Below are positions 60,052 through 64,000 of a stretch of 64,000 nt of DNA, piece after piece; the first letter of the stretch is position 1; every line of letters starts with the position of its first letter. The stretch spans positions 1,120,001-1,184,000 of the forward strand of contig OZ224045.1 in the NCBI GenBank assembly GCA_963665325.3. Reading direction: 5' to 3'. Position numbers and translations under genes: made by a program. The notes under the pieces were generated by a model. It saw nothing but the letters and a program-made list of their open reading frames with translations, was not told where the DNA came from and made no database searches. The stretch is from Alphaproteobacteria bacterium (lineage in GTDB: Bacteria > Pseudomonadota > Alphaproteobacteria > Bin95).

Positions 60052-61409
60052 CCGGCATGGCGGGCGCGAAACCCGACCGCCAGGTCGAATGGATGCGTAT
60101 CCGTGGGCAGCTTCAGGCCGAGTACGGGGACGGGATTTTCAAGAGCTGGCTGAAGCCGATGACCCTGGTGGACAAGGGCACGAACGGCATTGTCATCCAG
60201 CTCCCGACGCGGTTCATGCGCGACCGGGTCCAGGGCAGCTATGGCGAGCGCATCCGCGCGCTCTGGCTGGAGGCGGAGCCGGCGCTGTCCGAAGTCGGGT
60301 TCGAGGTCAATCCGGTACTGCAAGGGGCGCCGGCCCAGCCGGCCCAGCGTCCGGCTCCGGCCGGAAACGGCGTTCTGGACGAGTTCTCCACGCCGTTCCA
60401 GCCAACTCTCAACTTCGAGAACTTCATCGCCGGCGAATCGAACGCATTGGCGCATGGCCTCTGGCTCGGTGTGGCCGACGGCAACGTGCAGCCGACCGGC
60501 CCGCTTTACCTTTTCGGCGGCGTCGGCCTCGGCAAGACCCACCTCATGCAGGCCCTGGCGATCAGGCTTCGTCGGGACCGGCCGGATTGCTCGGTCCTCT
60601 ACTTCAACTCGGACGATTTTCGCCAGCATTACATCGACGCCGTGAATGCCAAGGGAGTTGCGGGCTTCAGGAGGAGAATCCGATCCTTCGACGTGTTGAT
60701 GATCGACGATGTACATCTCCTGCGCCGCAGTCCGGGCACCCAGGAAGAGCTGCTTCACACCATCAACGCGTTTGCGAACCGGAACCGCCTGATGGCGATT
60801 TCCGGGAACGAGTCGCCGGTCGGCCTCGAGGGAATCGACGAACGGATACGCTCCCGGCTCAGCATAGGCGTGTCGGCCCCGATCCTGCCGCTCGAGACGG
60901 ACTACCCGTTGCGCCTGGCCTATCTGGAGCGCAGGGCATTCGAGACAACGCTGCCCGCGCCGCAGGACGTGCTGGTTTTCCTCGCGGAGCGGATCACTTC
61001 CAACATGCGCGTGTTACAGGGCGCGATTAACCGGCTGGGATCGCATTACCGGCAGTTCGGCGGCGAGATATCGGTGGACCGCGCGGAGAAGGTGCTGGAG
61101 GACCTGTTGCCGGCCAATGACCGGACGCCAACGGTCGAGGCAATCAAGAGGACCGTATGCGAACGCTACAATGTCCGCCCGGCCGAGATGGATTCGCCAA
61201 GGCGCGCCCGTTCCGTTGCGCGGCCGCGCCAGGTGGCGATGTATCTCGCCAAGCAGCTCACCTCGCTGTCGCTGCCGGATATCGGCCGCAAGTTCGGGCG
61301 TGACCACTCGACGGTGCTCCACGGCGTTCGCAAGATCGAAAAGCTGATGGAAGACGACAAGGCGCTGGAAGAGGAAGTGGAGGCACTGCGCCGCAAGCTG
61401 GAGCTCTGA
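60048..61409 (+). CDS. dnaA: Chromosomal replication initiator DnaA
   Basis: Domain I (SWL.P), GGVGLGKTH, MIDD, SR finger, domain IV RPRQVAMYL...SLPDIG..FGRDHSTV. Confidence 0.94.
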   Translation: MTGMAGAKPDRQVEWMRIRGQLQAEYGDGIFKSWLKPMTLVDKGTNGIVIQLPTRFMRDRVQGSYGERIRALWLEAEPALSEVGFEVNPVLQGAPAQPAQRPAPAGNGVLDEFSTPFQPTLNFENFIAGESNALAHGLWLGVADGNVQPTGPLYLFGGVGLGKTHLMQALAIRLRRDRPDCSVLYFNSDDFRQHYIDAVNAKGVAGFRRRIRSFDVLMIDDVHLLRRSPGTQEELLHTINAFANRNRLMAISGNESPVGLEGIDERIRSRLSIGVSAPILPLETDYPLRLAYLERRAFETTLPAPQDVLVFLAERITSNMRVLQGAINRLGSHYRQFGGEISVDRAEKVLEDLLPANDRTPTVEAIKRTVCERYNVRPAEMDSPRRARSVARPRQVAMYLAKQLTSLSLPDIGRKFGRDHSTVLHGVRKIEKLMEDDKALEEEVEALRRKLEL

Positions 61410-61455
61410 GGACGCCTTGCCAGCCTTGGGCGGGTTGCCTATTTTGCGCGCCCGT

Positions 61456-61531
61456 GCCGCAGTAGCTCAGCTGGTAGAGCAGCGCATTCGTAATGCGCGG
61501 GTCGGGAGTTCAAGTCTCTCCTGCGGCACCA
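61456..61531 (+). tRNA. tRNA-Thr (CGT)
   Basis: GCCGCAG acceptor stem, GCGCA-TT CGT AA-TGCGC anticodon arm, GTTCAAG T-loop, CCA; 76 nt. Confidence 0.97.
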
Positions 61532-61668
61532 CCCCTCTTTCCCATAGCTGATCGCTGATCCTCATATATTATTGAAATAGCGCAGTATTTTTCTTTCTTG
61601 CATCTCACCGCCGAACACTGATATACGCTGATGCTCGGCATTTGGGGTGGTCTAAAAGGTGGCTTAAA

Positions 61669-62814
61669 ATGACGAAGAGTGCTGCACTCACACACGTGAA
61701 GGCCAAGTCGCTCAACAAAGGGAAATACGCTGACGGGCAAGGGCTCTGGCTCGTCAAGGCACGCAAGGATGCCGGTAGGTGGATGCTTCGTCTGTTGGTC
61801 AAGGGTAAACGGCGAGAAATGGGCCTCGGCAGATATCCCGATGTCTCCATTGCGGAGGCTCGGGAAAATGCCCGACAGGCGCGAACAATCCTCCGCTCCG
61901 GTCTCGATCCGATCAAGGAGCGGCAAAGACAACGGACGGGTCGTCTCTCCGTCCGTGATGCCGTGCATGGCTGTTTCAGTGCCAGACAGGCGGAACTCAA
62001 ACAGGACGGCAAGGCGGGACGCTGGCTCTCCCCTCTGGAAGTGCATGTCCTTCCTCGGGTCGGCGACATGTGCATTGAGGACATTGACCAGCATGACCTT
62101 GTCCGAGTCCTCCAAAGTATCTGGCACGACAAGTCTGATACTGCTCGAAAAGCTCTGAACCGACTGAACCTTACCCTACGCCATGCGGCCGCCCTTGGGC
62201 TCGATGTTGACCTGCAAGCGGTCATGAAGGCACGGGCTTTGCTCGGCAAGCAGCGGCACGAAGTCATTCATATTCCGTCTCTGCCATACCACGAGGTGCC
62301 GGCATTTTACCGTTGGCTGTGCACCAAATCGATGACTGCTCCACTCGCGCTCCGTTTCCTGATTCTCACGGTCGCACGGACAAGCGAAATCCGTTTCGCT
62401 ACCTTCGATGAAATCAAGGGGAACGTCTGGCACCTGCCGTCCAAGAGAACAAAGACCGGTAGGGAACACCGTATTCCGCTCTCGGAGGAAACACAGGTTG
62501 TTATCGCTCAGGCACGACATATGGATGACCAGGAACTGCTTTTCCCCACGTATCGCGGCAAACCGATGTCGGATGCCGCCATGTCACGGTTCATGGAACG
62601 GGAGGGCTATACCGCCAGACCGCACGGCTTTCGGGCAACCTTCCGCACCTGGGTGGAGGAGGCAACCGATACGCCTTTTGAGGTCAAGGAGAGTGCCTTG
62701 GGGCATCAGGTGGACGATGGCGTTGTTCGCGCCTATCAGCGCTCCGATCGTCTTGAAAAACGTCAGCACCTGATGGAGCAATGGGCTCGGTTCCTAACCT
62801 CGCCGGTCTCCTGA
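61669..62814 (+). CDS. P4-like tyrosine integrase with arm-binding domain
   Basis: GKYADGQGL.L, MGLG.YP.VS; catalytic ARTSE, K, HGFR, LGH, RAY. Confidence 0.95.
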   Translation: MTKSAALTHVKAKSLNKGKYADGQGLWLVKARKDAGRWMLRLLVKGKRREMGLGRYPDVSIAEARENARQARTILRSGLDPIKERQRQRTGRLSVRDAVHGCFSARQAELKQDGKAGRWLSPLEVHVLPRVGDMCIEDIDQHDLVRVLQSIWHDKSDTARKALNRLNLTLRHAAALGLDVDLQAVMKARALLGKQRHEVIHIPSLPYHEVPAFYRWLCTKSMTAPLALRFLILTVARTSEIRFATFDEIKGNVWHLPSKRTKTGREHRIPLSEETQVVIAQARHMDDQELLFPTYRGKPMSDAAMSRFMEREGYTARPHGFRATFRTWVEEATDTPFEVKESALGHQVDDGVVRAYQRSDRLEKRQHLMEQWARFLTSPVS

Positions 62815-62940
62815 TTCCCGACAAGCAGGATTGAGCGGCGGTATCATGCTGCCCGCGGCACAGCACACCATGATGGTCGGCAGGAACATGCACCAGAGCA
62901 TGTTGCTCCGTTCATTCCCACAACCGAGAAGGAAACCATC

Positions 62941-63246
62941 ATGGCTGCCCCGAATGTGACCGTACGGATATCGAGCACCTTTCTGACCCACTACTTCGGT
63001 AAGGGGCTTACCGACGAGCTCTACGCGATTGAACGCTACAAGACGACGATAGATGGCGAGATTCGCCGTCTTTCGAAGGGGCGGCAGGTAGACTGTCTGG
63101 CGCTCTCCCTCGCGGTCGTCCTTGAACTGCGGCCGGCAAGGAACGAGATAATCATATGCACGGGCAAGCGGCGTCGGGGTGGTATCCAATATTGGGGTGA
63201 CCTAGCGACGGGGCTTTTTGCCGAAGGCAAGCGGAAGCGGCAGTGA
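62941..63246 (+). CDS. Hypothetical protein
   Basis: AAGGA RBS; TGATG coupling to next ORF. Confidence 0.55.
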   Translation: MAAPNVTVRISSTFLTHYFGKGLTDELYAIERYKTTIDGEIRRLSKGRQVDCLALSLAVVLELRPARNEIIICTGKRRRGGIQYWGDLATGLFAEGKRKRQ

Positions 63247-63860
63247 TGTTGGTCATTCCGTTCCCGACGAAACGACGGAGACGACCACACCGTCCAGGTA
63301 TCCGAGCTCTCTTTGCCATGCGACGTGCCGCAGGGCTCTGTCCTGAATGCGGCACGGCTCCACCAGAGAAAGGGTATCCCCTTTGTGCCACGTGTCTCGC
63401 CATCCGGCGACACCTACAGAAAATGGATATGCGTGATCGGACCGCCCTTAGGCGCAAGAAGGGCCTCTGCACTCGCTGTGGCAATAATCCTCCCGAGCCA
63501 GATATCGACAGCTGCCTAGCATGTGCTACGAGGGATCGCGCAAAAGCATTGCGTAATTACCGCCGTAGTTCAGCCATGCGCAAAGCGAGCCGCCTCTGTG
63601 TCCGGTGCGGTAAGAGACCGCCGGAGCGGGGAACGGATGACTGCGGGCAGTGTCGCGATCAACAACGACACCTCCGTCATCGCGCCATTCCATGTTTTCC
63701 CACCCGGTACACCGTCATCGAGCGACGGACCGGTGAGGATCATGGAACCTGGGAGAGCCTTGCCGAGGTTGCTGCCGCTCTGGCATATGCGAAGCTCTCG
63801 GCTGCTGACGTAGAGATCTTCACGGATGCCTCGCCCGCATATCCGCTCACCCTGCACTAG
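63246..63860 (+). CDS. Cys-rich protein with three CxxCG...CxxC zinc-finger repeats
   Basis: CPECG..CATC, CTRCG..CLAC, CVRCG..CGQC with Arg-rich linkers. Confidence 0.7.
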   Translation: MLVIPFPTKRRRRPHRPGIRALFAMRRAAGLCPECGTAPPEKGYPLCATCLAIRRHLQKMDMRDRTALRRKKGLCTRCGNNPPEPDIDSCLACATRDRAKALRNYRRSSAMRKASRLCVRCGKRPPERGTDDCGQCRDQQRHLRHRAIPCFPTRYTVIERRTGEDHGTWESLAEVAAALAYAKLSAADVEIFTDASPAYPLTLH

Positions 63861-63970
63861 CAAGACTTATGTCCTAATGACCACCTTTGGGGGTGACACC
63901 GTGCGTGTCGCCCCATCATTTTGATAACGAATTATTTCCAAGGCGATCTTGCCTATTCGACATATATATA

Positions 63971-64000
63971 GAAAAGGGGCAACGGACGAATCCGTTGCCC
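63971..64000 (-). terminator. Putative terminator for a minus-strand gene beyond the window
   Basis: GGGCAACGGA-CGAA-TCCGTTGCCC hairpin; on the minus strand followed by CTTTTCTAT. Confidence 0.65.

Larger units (their letters stand above)
61532..64000 (+). mobile_element. Left end of an integrative element / prophage at tRNA-Thr
   Basis: Integrase directly downstream of the tRNA 3' end, GC drop, small phage-like ORFs. Confidence 0.8.

Overview
High-GC alphaproteobacterial chromosome segment in three parts. (1) 1-~23 kb is an accessory, defence-type island with lower-GC patches. It holds a DEDD-exonuclease/RecQ/UvrD fusion that runs off the left edge and is missing from the ORF track, a secreted HNH-Excalibur nuclease, and a coupled alpha/beta-hydrolase, ECF sigma and zinc-anti-sigma/SLOG operon (the most novel-looking unit here). 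It also holds an intact IS21, a three-gene TIGR04255-like/unknown/ART-like module, an 80-bp IS21-derived MITE, tandem EEP genes plus an inverted partial copy, nested IS66/IS21/IS3 remnants and an AbiE pair. (2) 23-38 kb carries an MFS transporter, two complete ugpBAEC operons around glpD/ugpQ and an outer-membrane beta-barrel; this block is bracketed by a 253-bp direct repeat and ends at tRNA-Ser(CGA). (3) 38.5-61.5 kb is core backbone (rplU-rpmA-obgE-proBA-nadD/rsfS fusion-rlmH-ctpA-rppH ... rpsT-dnaA-tRNA-Thr) with two small islets: a Fic gene behind a palindromic 69-bp tandem array, and a lipoprotein gene inserted with recoding of an ABC-permease 3' end. The window ends in an integrase-bearing element at tRNA-Thr(CGT). 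All family assignments come from motif recognition by eye; no database searches were run.
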